A DNA stretch of 64,000 nt from an uncultured Methanosarcinales archaeon (GTDB taxonomy: Archaea > Nanobdellota > Nanobdellia > Woesearchaeales > GW2011-AR15). The stretch covers positions 5,481 through 69,480 of the forward strand of contig CAYMPC010000001.1 in assembly GCA_964392465.1 (NCBI GenBank), in the 5' to 3' direction. The position numbers and the translations under genes are program-made. Below are positions 18,883 to 28,803 of this stretch, one piece after another (positions within the stretch are counted from its first letter, which is position 1; each line of letters starts with the position of its first letter). The notes under the pieces were generated by a model. It ran no database searches. It was given only the letters and a program-made list of their open reading frames with translations, and was not told where the DNA came from.

Positions 18883-18955
18883 AAAACACCTTTAACTTCA
18901 ACTAAGATTAAAGCTTTCATACTATTTAAATATATGTGTCAATTATCACTAAATT

Positions 18956-19573
18956 ATGACAGAAGAACCATTCTTATTAGTCAGCCTTGAAGAGGAAAAA
19001 GCAAAATCACTGGCGCAAGTATTAAGTAATGATACTGCAAGAAAAATTTTGGATTTTTTATCTAAGGTTGAACATTCCACAGAAACAGAAATTTCAAAGC
19101 AGATGAAAGTTCCTTTATCTACTGTCCATTATAACTTATCCCTTTTAGTGAAAACAAAATTAGTTTCTGACGAACAATTTACCTATTCAGAAAAAGGTAA
19201 ACAGATAATTCATTATTCTCTGTCAAATAAATATGTAATAATAGCTCCAAAAAAAAGTGAACTTTTAAAAGAAAAACTGAAAAAATTCCTTCCAGTCATG
19301 GCAGTTTCAACAGTTGTTTCAATTGGAATAAAATATTTATGGAACTCTTTTTCTTCTTTTTCACCTGCTCCAACTTTAATGATGGAAAAAACACTAATTG
19401 AAGAAACAGCAGACGTTGGAGCAAGAGTTGCATCTTCAAGCCAGGAGGCATTTACTCCTTTATTACAAACACAAGAATTTGCTTTGTGGTTTTTATTTGG
19501 TTCTGTTTTTACATTACTACTCTATTTTATATGGGCCGAAATAATTATCAAAAAGATAGATAAAAAACAATAG
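18956..19573 (+). CDS. membrane-tethered ArsR-type HTH regulator
   Basis: ArsR-like HTH (KILDFLSKVEHSTETEISKQMKVPLSTVHYNLSLL) followed by two C-terminal TM helices. Confidence 0.5.
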   Translation: MTEEPFLLVSLEEEKAKSLAQVLSNDTARKILDFLSKVEHSTETEISKQMKVPLSTVHYNLSLLVKTKLVSDEQFTYSEKGKQIIHYSLSNKYVIIAPKKSELLKEKLKKFLPVMAVSTVVSIGIKYLWNSFSSFSPAPTLMMEKTLIEETADVGARVASSSQEAFTPLLQTQEFALWFLFGSVFTLLLYFIWAEIIIKKIDKKQ

Positions 19574-19618
19574 CTTTTTATTCTACCTTTAATTAATTTT
19601 TCCTTAAAAAGAGGAAAA

Positions 19619-20563
19619 ATGAAGACCCCTATAATAGTTCTAAAGAGATTAACAAAATCATTTGACACTAACATAGTTCTTTCTGATATAAATCTTGAGG
19701 TAAACAAAGGCGAAATATTAGGGATTATTGGTGCATCTGGAAGTGGAAAAACAACTTTTTTGAATACGCTAATAGGATTTGTACAACCAGACAAAGGAGA
19801 CATTTTATTTAGTGATGATGGCAAAGAGTTTGTTTCTATATACGAAAATCATGATTTTATAAAAAGAAAGGTAGGTTTTGCTTCTCAGACGCCCTCTTTT
19901 TATTCAAAGCTGACAGTATATGAGAATTTAGATTATTTTGGTTCTTTATATGGTCTTTCAAAAGAAGCACGAAAACAAAATATTGAAACATTGTTAGAGT
20001 TAGTTGAACTTAGCAAAGCAAAAAAGACATTAGCAGAGAATCTTTCAGGAGGCATGCAAAGAAGATTAGATATAGCATGTTCTTTAATTCATGATCCAAG
20101 CATTTTGATTTTGGATGAACCCACATCAGATTTAGATCCTGTTCTTGGGAAACATATTTGGTATTTGGTTCAAAGAATAAACAAAAGAGGCACAACAATA
20201 GTTGTGGCAAGCCATAATTTTTTAGATATTGAAACGGTGTGTTCCAGAATAGCAATTCTTACAGAAGGAAAAATGACTAATCTTGGGACAATACAGGAAC
20301 TTACAAGCACACTCTCAAAAGGCCAGGAAATGCATATAGAAACATATCCAGGGAATTATGAAAAAATCTCAAAGCAATTAGAGGATTCTTTAATTATAAA
20401 AAAAGAGAATAGAGGAAACGAACTGGTTATTTATACAACAAAACCAGACAAGGTCTTGAACAAACTATTAACTATTTTGTCTAGACAAGAAGAACACATA
20501 ATGGATTTAAAAATAATTAGAAGAAGTTTAGGAGATGTTTTTTCAAAAGTGACAAAAAAATGA
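19619..20563 (+). CDS. ABC transporter ATP-binding protein
   Basis: Walker A GASGSGKTT, signature LSGGMQRR, Walker B ILILDEPTS. Confidence 0.85.
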   Translation: MKTPIIVLKRLTKSFDTNIVLSDINLEVNKGEILGIIGASGSGKTTFLNTLIGFVQPDKGDILFSDDGKEFVSIYENHDFIKRKVGFASQTPSFYSKLTVYENLDYFGSLYGLSKEARKQNIETLLELVELSKAKKTLAENLSGGMQRRLDIACSLIHDPSILILDEPTSDLDPVLGKHIWYLVQRINKRGTTIVVASHNFLDIETVCSRIAILTEGKMTNLGTIQELTSTLSKGQEMHIETYPGNYEKISKQLEDSLIIKKENRGNELVIYTTKPDKVLNKLLTILSRQEEHIMDLKIIRRSLGDVFSKVTKK

Positions 20564-22512
20564 AACTGTTTAGTGTAATTAAAAAAGATATAATGCTTTT
20601 ACTAAGATCTAGAATATCAAGTTTTGTTTTAATATTGGGGCCATTATTAATAATTATTCTAGTTGGTTTTTCCTTTAGTACAAGTTCTTTTAATCTAAAA
20701 ATAGGTGTTTATTCTGATAGTTATTCAGAATTAAGTGAATCCTTGATTGAAACACTAAAGGAAGATAATTATGCTGTTTCAAAATATTCAACAGAGGAGA
20801 TGTGTATTGAAGAAATTAAGGAAGGTAAGACACATGCATGTATAATTTTTCCTCCAGGTATGAGTATAACAAATGAATACAAAGAAGTAGTTAGATTATA
20901 TGTTGATCAATCAAAAATAAATTTGGCTTACCTTGTCATGTCCACTTTAACAAGTTCATTTGGGGAGAAATCAACAGAAATAAGCAAAGACTTAACCAAC
21001 AAGATAGTAGATTCTTTGTTTTATGCAAAAAACACCTTAATTAAATTAGAAAACCCACTTTCTGATGCAAAAAAGCGAAATATTGAAATCACAGAAGATA
21101 CAGAAGCGTCTATAGAAGGATTGGAAAAATTAGATTTAAGTTCAACAGATGTTAGTTTAGATGCACGCACAAACAAGATTCAATCAGAGATAGACACCCT
21201 CCTTTTAGAATCTACAAAATTAATTAAGAACAGCATGAACTTAGTAGAGAGCCTCGACGAATGGACACAAGGAAACGGAACAGCATATTTGGAGGAATTA
21301 GAATCAGAACTTCAAGAGTTAAATGTTACTTTATACACAAAACATAATGAAACCAAAAATGAAATTATCTTATTAACAGAGGAGCTTAACCAAACAATAA
21401 CAGAAATTACTGAGAAACTAGATAATGCAAGAGAAGTCAATTTTGAGGTGTTAGATAAAACTAAAAAAGTCAAAGAAAACATAATAATTGTTAAAGAAAA
21501 CACAGAAGAGATTGACAACAAGGTAGCAGAAATACTTAATAATATCAATTCAGTAGAAATAACAAATGTTGAGAACATTGCAAGCCCAATAATAACAGAA
21601 ATAAACCCAATTGTCAAATCACAAACAAACCTTGGGTTTTTGTTTCCAAGTTTGATAGTGATGCTAATTATGTTTATTGGTTTATTGCTCCCTTCCTCGT
21701 TGATTATCATGGAAAAAAAATCAAAATCTTTTTTCAGGGTTTTTACAACACCAACAAAAAACAGATTATATGTTCTTTCAACATTTATAACTAGTATGTT
21801 GATAATATTTTTCCAAGTCATGATTATCTTATTTGTTTCACAATTATATTTCAAAATCAATTTATTAAGTTCTTTTTTTATTTTATTTATTTCATTAATT
21901 ATGATTATGTCCTTATTTGTAATTATGGGTATGTTTATAGGTTATGTTTTTAACAGTGAAGAAATAGCAATGATGGCAGCGGTTTCAATAGGAAGTTTAC
22001 TTTTGTTAACTTCAGGAATAGTTTTTCCATTAGAGAGCATGCCTAACTATATATTAGATAAAGCAAAAATGAACCCAATGCTTTTGGGTTCGGAGATGTT
22101 TAAAAAATCACTTCTTTTTGGGGCAAATTTTGAATCAATCAAACAATCTTTTATGTATTTAGCTATCTTTTTTTTGACTTTCCTCTTTTTTATACTTTTA
22201 ATAAAAAAACATAAAAGAATAATTTACTTGATAAAAAAACCATTTCAAGTGAGACAAAAAAAAGAAAAACTGATGCAGCTTTTTGATTTTGCTGACAGAA
22301 AAGCAAAAACGCTTCCAGAATTCATTATTTCTCTTCATAGTATGACAAATGAAAAATTTACAGAACTGCTGAATAAATCTGCATTTTATGAATGGATGTT
22401 ATATGTTGAAAAAAATAAAGTTTTGGCAGGAAAAATAAAAAACATATCTTCAAAAGAAGAATTAAACAATTTCCTTATTGAAGAAATAAAAAAACAAACA
22501 AAAAATAAATAA
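20560..22512 (+). CDS. ABC-2 family permease with large YhgE/Pip-like extracellular coiled-coil domain
   Basis: TM1 then a roughly 300-aa charged coiled-coil ectodomain, then 5 TM helices of ABC-2 type. 4-nt overlap with the ATPase gene. Confidence 0.7.
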   Translation: MKLFSVIKKDIMLLLRSRISSFVLILGPLLIIILVGFSFSTSSFNLKIGVYSDSYSELSESLIETLKEDNYAVSKYSTEEMCIEEIKEGKTHACIIFPPGMSITNEYKEVVRLYVDQSKINLAYLVMSTLTSSFGEKSTEISKDLTNKIVDSLFYAKNTLIKLENPLSDAKKRNIEITEDTEASIEGLEKLDLSSTDVSLDARTNKIQSEIDTLLLESTKLIKNSMNLVESLDEWTQGNGTAYLEELESELQELNVTLYTKHNETKNEIILLTEELNQTITEITEKLDNAREVNFEVLDKTKKVKENIIIVKENTEEIDNKVAEILNNINSVEITNVENIASPIITEINPIVKSQTNLGFLFPSLIVMLIMFIGLLLPSSLIIMEKKSKSFFRVFTTPTKNRLYVLSTFITSMLIIFFQVMIILFVSQLYFKINLLSSFFILFISLIMIMSLFVIMGMFIGYVFNSEEIAMMAAVSIGSLLLLTSGIVFPLESMPNYILDKAKMNPMLLGSEMFKKSLLFGANFESIKQSFMYLAIFFLTFLFFILLIKKHKRIIYLIKKPFQVRQKKEKLMQLFDFADRKAKTLPEFIISLHSMTNEKFTELLNKSAFYEWMLYVEKNKVLAGKIKNISSKEELNNFLIEEIKKQTKNK

Positions 22513-22544
22513 TACTTTTAAAACATAGGATATTTCTTAAACAA

Positions 22545-23234
22545 ATGAAAACCTTTAGAAACATTTACCTTTTAGGAAGCTCACATGTGGCATCCGAAAG
22601 CATTAGGCAGGTTAAGCAGAATATTGAAAAAATTGCACCGGATATTATAGCGCTTGAACTTGACAGTGGAAGAGCATATGCACTAAAACACAAGGTTAAG
22701 AGACAAAAAAATATTGACCTTGTCAAAATATTAGGACTTCCTGGTTTTTTATTCTACCTTTTTGGAGAATTTATACAGAGAAAATTAGGCAAAATAATGA
22801 ATATAAGTCCAGGATCTGAGATGCTGACAGCTATCAGACTTGCAGAGGAAAAAAAATTGCCTGTCTTTTTTATAGATCGAGAAATTCAAATTACATTATC
22901 CAGATTTTCCAAACACGTAAAAAAAAGAGAGATACTAAAAATGTTTTTTGATGTTGTTTTTGGTTTTTTTAAAAAAGAAAAAGTAAAGATTGACTTATCA
23001 AAATTACCTTCTGAAGAATTAATAAGTTTTGTTTTGAGCGAGACAAAAGAGAGGTATCCTTCTTTTTATAAGATCCTTATTTATGAGAGAGACAGGTTTA
23101 TGGCCAACAAATTATATGCTCTCTCCTCTTCTTTTCCGGATAAAAAAATATTTGCTGTTTCTGGAGCAGGACATAGTAAAGGAATTTTGAATTATCTAGA
23201 ACAAATTTCAAAGCAAGAGCATAAATTTACTTGA
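22545..23234 (+). CDS. TraB/PrgY-family protein
   Basis: N-terminal IYLLGSSHVASESIRQV...IALELD matches the TraB-family signature (LGTAHVS-like). Confidence 0.6.
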   Translation: MKTFRNIYLLGSSHVASESIRQVKQNIEKIAPDIIALELDSGRAYALKHKVKRQKNIDLVKILGLPGFLFYLFGEFIQRKLGKIMNISPGSEMLTAIRLAEEKKLPVFFIDREIQITLSRFSKHVKKREILKMFFDVVFGFFKKEKVKIDLSKLPSEELISFVLSETKERYPSFYKILIYERDRFMANKLYALSSSFPDKKIFAVSGAGHSKGILNYLEQISKQEHKFT

Positions 23235-24096
23235 AAACCATGCTGACATAGCTCACTGAATTTTTATAATCCCCGAGGATGTCTCCTGAAGTATAATGCA
23301 TTAATAAATTGGCTTTTGGTTTTTTTTCATAGTTTTCTAGCATAGCCAAAAAGACAAGAAGTGGCATATAACCGCAAATAGTTATTCTTGTTGAATTTAT
23401 ATACTCTTTAAATCCTTGTGTGTCTAACTTTGCGATAATGTCAATTGCGCCCTTGTCAAGAGAAGTGATTCTTTCAGGAATATCTGTTGAAAAAGGGATA
23501 TAATGATAATTTCTTCCATAATGTGTAAAATCAGAACTTAAAATAAAGAGTATTTTTTTATTAATCTTTTTGAAATAATCATATAATTCTTTTCCTAATA
23601 TATTGAAATCTAAATCGTTTCCAATACCTATGGGAATAATTCTGAGTTCTTTTAGTTTGTCCCTGTTTGCATATTGCAAAAAGGGGAGCTGGACCTCAAT
23701 AGAATGTTCGTAAAGATGAATATCCTCTCTTATTTTTAATGAGGTGTTTTCACTTATTCCTTTGATGATTTCTTTATGTGTTCTTATTGTTCCAAGAGGG
23801 GTTTCCCAGTCTTCTAGAGATAATCCTGAGTTAATATCAGAATGATTAGGTGCTAAAATAACAAAAGCATCTGGAAATTCAGATTCCGCAATCTCCATAT
23901 AGCTCCATGCAGCACAAGGTCCAGAGAAAAAATATCCAGCATGTGGAGAAATTACAGCAATTATATTTTTGTTTCTTCTTTTTATAGGCAAATCTCCTGG
24001 CCCTTTTTTTGAATAAAAGCAAGCCTCTATTTGTTTATTTAACCCTTCAAAAGATCCTTCGTAAAATTGTCCTGCCACACAAGATTTTCTTACCAT
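23227..24096 (-). CDS. MEMO1-family protein (AmmeMemoRadiSam system protein B)
   Basis: AGQFYEGS...ISPHAGYFFSGP motifs characteristic of MEMO1/AmmeMemoSam-B. Confidence 0.75.
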   Translation of the reverse strand: MVRKSCVAGQFYEGSFEGLNKQIEACFYSKKGPGDLPIKRRNKNIIAVISPHAGYFFSGPCAAWSYMEIAESEFPDAFVILAPNHSDINSGLSLEDWETPLGTIRTHKEIIKGISENTSLKIREDIHLYEHSIEVQLPFLQYANRDKLKELRIIPIGIGNDLDFNILGKELYDYFKKINKKILFILSSDFTHYGRNYHYIPFSTDIPERITSLDKGAIDIIAKLDTQGFKEYINSTRITICGYMPLLVFLAMLENYEKKPKANLLMHYTSGDILGDYKNSVSYVSMVFK

Positions 24097-24199
24097 ATAA
24101 TATCATATTAGAAATACCTTTAAAAAGCTATTTGATACCATCAAAAAAACTTTTGAAATTTTAGCAACTTTTAAATAAACAAGCACTTTAATAAAAAAA

Positions 24200-25129
24200 A
24201 TGGAAATATCTGTTGTTATTGCAGCATATAATGAAGAAGAGAACATTCAAGATCTTTATACTAAAATTACTAAGGTATTAAAAGAGTTAAAAAAAGAATA
24301 TGAAATATTGATAGTAGATGACGGCTCAACAGATAGAACCTTTTTGGAATTGGAAAAGATAAACAGAAAAGACAAGAAATTAAGAATAATAAAATTTAGA
24401 AAAAATTTTGGGCAAAGCGCAGCATGGGACGCAGGATTTAATAATGCCAAAGGCAAAATTATTATAACAATGGATGCAGATCTTCAAAACGATCCAGAAG
24501 ACATTCCTAAACTGTTAGATGAACTTGAAAAAGGATATGACGTTATATCTGGGTGGAGATATGCAAGAAAAGATTCTTTTTCAAAAAAAATATTTTCTTC
24601 TTTTTCTAGATTTCTAAGAAAAAGAGTTATAGATGATAAGATACATGACTCAGGGTGCTCCTTGAAAGCCTATAAAAAAGAATGTGTTGAAGGGATTGAG
24701 TTGCATGGAGAAATGCACAGATATATTACAGAAATTATGGCATTAAAAGGATATAAAATAGGAGAACACAAGGTTAATCATTTTCAAAGGAAACACGGAA
24801 AAACAAAATATAATCTAATTAGGTTGCCAAAAGGATTCTTAGACCTTTTAGTAATTGCTTTCTGGCAAAAATATTCATCAAGGCCGATTCATTTATTTGG
24901 AGGATTGGGATTACTGATGACGTTTTTGGGAATTGTTTTAGGAGGCTATCTTGTTTTTATTAAGTTCCTTTATAATGTAGCTATATCTAACAGGCCACTC
25001 CTTTTATTAGCAGTTCTTTTTATTCTTTTAGGAATACAATTTATTGTTTTTGGATTGATAGCAGATATACTTATAAAAATGTATTATTCAGGAAATAAAA
25101 AAAACTATTCGATAGAAAAATTAATTTGA
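24200..25129 (+). CDS. polyprenyl-phosphate sugar synthase-type GT2 (DPM1/GtrB/ArnC-like) with C-terminal TM helices
   Basis: ISVVIAAYNEEENI...IVDDGSTDRT...DADLQNDP and two C-terminal TM helices. Confidence 0.8.
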   Translation: MEISVVIAAYNEEENIQDLYTKITKVLKELKKEYEILIVDDGSTDRTFLELEKINRKDKKLRIIKFRKNFGQSAAWDAGFNNAKGKIIITMDADLQNDPEDIPKLLDELEKGYDVISGWRYARKDSFSKKIFSSFSRFLRKRVIDDKIHDSGCSLKAYKKECVEGIELHGEMHRYITEIMALKGYKIGEHKVNHFQRKHGKTKYNLIRLPKGFLDLLVIAFWQKYSSRPIHLFGGLGLLMTFLGIVLGGYLVFIKFLYNVAISNRPLLLLAVLFILLGIQFIVFGLIADILIKMYYSGNKKNYSIEKLI

Positions 25130-25138
25130 ATTCTTTTT

Positions 25139-26101
25139 TTATATTTTCTTTATTAGTTTGACCCACCCAAAAAAACCAAGGAAAGCAACGTATATTAGTT
25201 GTATAATATGCAGGCTGAACGATAAAAGTACAGCATTTTCTAAGGAATATCCTAAAACAATTAAACTAATTACCCATAGACTCTCAAAAGTTCCAAAATT
25301 AGCTATCCCTCCAAAAGGAATAATACCCGAAAGAACACCCATAGGTACAACAAATAATAGAATACTCAAAGGAAGATAGAAACCTAAAGATATTATCAAG
25401 AAGAAATAGCAGAAAAACCCAAGGCCAAAAGACAAAAGAGAAAGGAAAAAAACAGAGAAAATAGTCTCTTTTTTTTTATAACTCATAAAACTTTTCAAGA
25501 AAAGAAATGTGTTCTTCTTAATATTGGCAAAAAAATTTAATTTTAAAATTTTATTTTTCCAAATTTTTTCTAAAACAGAAATTAAAAACAAAGGGTTAAA
25601 TAAAGAATAAATCACACAAATCAAAGATAGCAAAAAAACCAAAGTAAAAAAAAAGCTTTTGTTGTAATCTAATTTTAAAGGATTGGAAAAAATAAGTCCT
25701 ATAAATAACATCAAAACAATAACAACAAAATCAAATAGTCTTGCAACAATAAAAGAAGAGAAGGCCTCTTTATAATCTCCTTGTTTTGTTTTTTTAATCA
25801 AGAAAGGGTAGCTCAACTCTCCCAGTTTGAAAGGTAAAAGGTAATTTAGAAAATTATAAACAAAAACAATATCTAACATATTGCTTAGACTTGTTTTGTT
25901 TTTCAGCAAAACTCTAAACCTTACAGCCCTCACTATAAGTACAAAAGTATAAAGGACAAGTGCAATTATTAGATATTCTATTTGAATATTTTTTCCTATT
26001 TCTATATATTTATTAATATCTGTTTTTGATAGCAGCAAATAAAGAAGAATAAAACTAATAAAAAAGGAAATTAGTAATTTTATGAAATCTTTTTTTTTCA
26101 T
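25139..26101 (-). CDS. polytopic membrane protein, lysyl-PG synthase TM-region/UPF0104-like (putative lipid-linked sugar flippase)
   Basis: 8 predicted TM helices. Placed between GT2 and GT-C genes. Stop overlaps the GT-C start. Confidence 0.45.
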   Translation of the reverse strand: MKKKDFIKLLISFFISFILLYLLLSKTDINKYIEIGKNIQIEYLIIALVLYTFVLIVRAVRFRVLLKNKTSLSNMLDIVFVYNFLNYLLPFKLGELSYPFLIKKTKQGDYKEAFSSFIVARLFDFVVIVLMLFIGLIFSNPLKLDYNKSFFFTLVFLLSLICVIYSLFNPLFLISVLEKIWKNKILKLNFFANIKKNTFLFLKSFMSYKKKETIFSVFFLSLLSFGLGFFCYFFLIISLGFYLPLSILLFVVPMGVLSGIIPFGGIANFGTFESLWVISLIVLGYSLENAVLLSFSLHIIQLIYVAFLGFFGWVKLIKKI

Positions 26102-27897
26102 TCTAAGTTAATATATCTTATCTCATAAAAAGAGCCATCTGTTCTAGAATATTGCCTATTCAAAAGAGCTTTATCTTGCAGCATAGAATTAAGCGCTGTT
26201 TCATTAAAAGTGCCTCCTTTTCTGAATAAAAAAAAGATTGGCTGTACTTGCTGTTGGCTAGCTTGAAAAAATCCGAATTGAACAAGCCTATAGTTATCTC
26301 TTATATAATTCATAACTTCTTGATTTTGAAAGTAATAATTGATCCCCCACTGATACATAAAAATCCAGTTTACATTATTCTCTTCTTCGGCCTTTTTCAG
26401 ATATTCTGCTGTTGCTGGAGGTTTATACCCCTTTATTCCTGCATGCCACAACACACCAAAACTCTGCCCAGTAGAATGAAACATTCTATCTTCTTTTTGA
26501 GCGTATTCTCTAATATAATCTCCAGCAATATCCAACCCAGGAAATTGCGTGTCAAATTGTCTGTTTTTTGCCTCTATTGACTTTGCATATAAAGCAGAAT
26601 TTGGGAGGGGAAATAAGAAAATGAAAACAAAAAAAATTGCAATTTTTATTAATAATTTGCTTTGCTTTTCATTAAAAAAACCCGCTATGTTAGAAGCAAT
26701 AACATCCATAAAATAACCAATCATAAATATAATTAAGGGAGCAACAGGAAATTGATGATAGCTGTGTCCACTCAATTTATATCCCATAATAAATAAAAAC
26801 ACAAAGACAGAAATAAAATACCAAAACATGAACCTGTAACCTAATTTGTTTTTATTTTTTGAGAAGTAAAGCATAAGGAAAAGGAATGAGCCTATAAAAG
26901 CAAAATAAACGCCAATCATACTATAATTATCAGTAACATAACTCTTCATTATATTCCAAAAATCACTACTTCCTACCATGCTTAGATCAACAAGATTAAC
27001 AAGATCATAAGAATCTAAAGAATCTTGGCTGAACTCTTTGCCAAAAATATTGTTTTTTACATATATTTCTGAATAAGCCATCCATCCTGGAAACCCAGAG
27101 AAGATTATTGCAGCAACTAAAAGAGAAAAGATAGTCTTTTTAGGATCTTTTTTGAAATTAAAGATAAGCTTTTTGAAAGGAAATGTGAAAAACATGGGTA
27201 TTAAAATGACAACAAAAGTATATTTTGTTATTGAGGCAAGCATTACAAAAAGAGAAGCAAGATAAAGATATGAAAATTTATTTTCTTCCAATTGTTTTTT
27301 AATCCATTTAATATAAAATAGAACTCCTAAAAGCATAAAAAAAAGCCCGGGATTAATAACATCAATATTATGGCTGAAAAAAACATACATGGGATTTATA
27401 GCAGATAGAAAAGCGCATAATAGAGCAATATCTTCCCTTTCAAAAAGTTCTTTTATTAAAAAATAAAATACTAATACAGAGCCAAGGGAAAAAAGAATAT
27501 TTGCAAGCCTAGCTATAACTAGGCTCTCGCCAAAGATCTTAAACAAAAATCCTACAATAACACCTATCATAGGGAAAGTGTCATTGTGCTGACCATCTAA
27601 TGGTTCTCTTATGTTCTCTGTTGAATCTCTCATAGGGACAAAAAAACCATACTTGAAAAAACCCTCTCTTGCAAAATTTCTAGCTTCTGTTATATAGTGT
27701 GCAGTTTTCCAATTGTGGTATCCAATTACAGGATATTGAATGTGATAGAATCTGAGATAAAAGCCATATGCTAAAAATCCAAGTAAAAGCACAATAACTA
27801 CAATATAAGAACCATATTTTCGATTCAATTTAAGTAATTCAAATAAATTTGCTTCCTCTTCTTTAGAAATCTCAACTTTTTCTTTCTTTTTTCCCAT
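26098..27897 (-). CDS. GT-C fold glycosyltransferase (PMT/ArnT/GT39-like) with C-terminal soluble domain
   Basis: About 11 N-terminal TM helices with a DxD-like first-loop region (REPLDGQHNDTFPM), then a roughly 150-aa extracytoplasmic C-terminal domain. Confidence 0.55.
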   Translation of the reverse strand: MGKKKEKVEISKEEEANLFELLKLNRKYGSYIVVIVLLLGFLAYGFYLRFYHIQYPVIGYHNWKTAHYITEARNFAREGFFKYGFFVPMRDSTENIREPLDGQHNDTFPMIGVIVGFLFKIFGESLVIARLANILFSLGSVLVFYFLIKELFEREDIALLCAFLSAINPMYVFFSHNIDVINPGLFFMLLGVLFYIKWIKKQLEENKFSYLYLASLFVMLASITKYTFVVILIPMFFTFPFKKLIFNFKKDPKKTIFSLLVAAIIFSGFPGWMAYSEIYVKNNIFGKEFSQDSLDSYDLVNLVDLSMVGSSDFWNIMKSYVTDNYSMIGVYFAFIGSFLFLMLYFSKNKNKLGYRFMFWYFISVFVFLFIMGYKLSGHSYHQFPVAPLIIFMIGYFMDVIASNIAGFFNEKQSKLLIKIAIFFVFIFLFPLPNSALYAKSIEAKNRQFDTQFPGLDIAGDYIREYAQKEDRMFHSTGQSFGVLWHAGIKGYKPPATAEYLKKAEEENNVNWIFMYQWGINYYFQNQEVMNYIRDNYRLVQFGFFQASQQQVQPIFFLFRKGGTFNETALNSMLQDKALLNRQYSRTDGSFYEIRYINLE

Positions 27898-28157
27898 ACT
27901 AAATCAAGCCCCCACTACAAATTGAGATATTCAGAATTATATAAATTTATTGACTACTATTGACTATAAAAAATAGCAGAAACAATTAAACCCTCGAAGG
28001 ACCCCACGAATGGAGCCCTCCCAGGGAAAAAGAGGTGAATGTAAAAGTAATGTATCTACTTTAAAATAGTCACTTATTATATATAAAACTTTCTATTTTG
28101 ATTACATTTCAAAGTAGTAACAAATACTTTTTTAAAACAAGATAATGTCTAATCTAT

Positions 28158-28778
28158 ATGATCCAAAAGAAATGTGTAAAATGCAATAAAAAAGCAGAGC
28201 TTTTTCTTCCTACGTTTACCTCTTGCAGAAGTTGTTTTGTTAAAATAATAGAGAAAAGAGTTAGGAAAGAGTTTAGAGTGAATGAATTTCTTAAAAAAAA
28301 AGATAAAATTTTTTTAATTGATGATGGTAGTCCAGAAGCAAAGCTCAATATCTATTTTATAAAAAACCTCTCACAAAACCTATTTTTAAATTTAATAATA
28401 CTAAAAGCAGAAGAGTATTCTTTAGGAAAGACTTTTAAAAAAAATATTAAAAAGATCATTATTCCTTGGAACTCAGACAAAGAGGCTCTTTATTTTCTTG
28501 AATCTGTTCTGGATAATAAAAATGCAGAATATCTCGGACATTTCCTTATTAAGGGCAATTTATTTTTTAAGCCGCTTTTGCATGTTTCAAATAACGAGAT
28601 TCTTTTGTTTGCCAGGATAAAAAATATTAAATTATCACCCAAAGCATTCCTTAAAAAGGAAACTTCTTATCTCTCTGAACATCTTGAGTTATTGGAAAAT
28701 GAATTTCCTGAAGTTAAATTCAGCCTGATTAAAAGCAGCCAGGATATTAAAAACAAACTCAAAAACAAAAACAAATAA
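28158..28778 (+). CDS. zinc-ribbon protein with possible degenerate PP-loop region
   Basis: N-terminal CVKC...CRSC. IFLIDDGSPEA is a weak PP-loop-like element. Otherwise unknown. Confidence 0.3.
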   Translation: MIQKKCVKCNKKAELFLPTFTSCRSCFVKIIEKRVRKEFRVNEFLKKKDKIFLIDDGSPEAKLNIYFIKNLSQNLFLNLIILKAEEYSLGKTFKKNIKKIIIPWNSDKEALYFLESVLDNKNAEYLGHFLIKGNLFFKPLLHVSNNEILLFARIKNIKLSPKAFLKKETSYLSEHLELLENEFPEVKFSLIKSSQDIKNKLKNKNK

Positions 28779-28803
28779 ATACTTAATATTATACTAATAA
28801 ATT

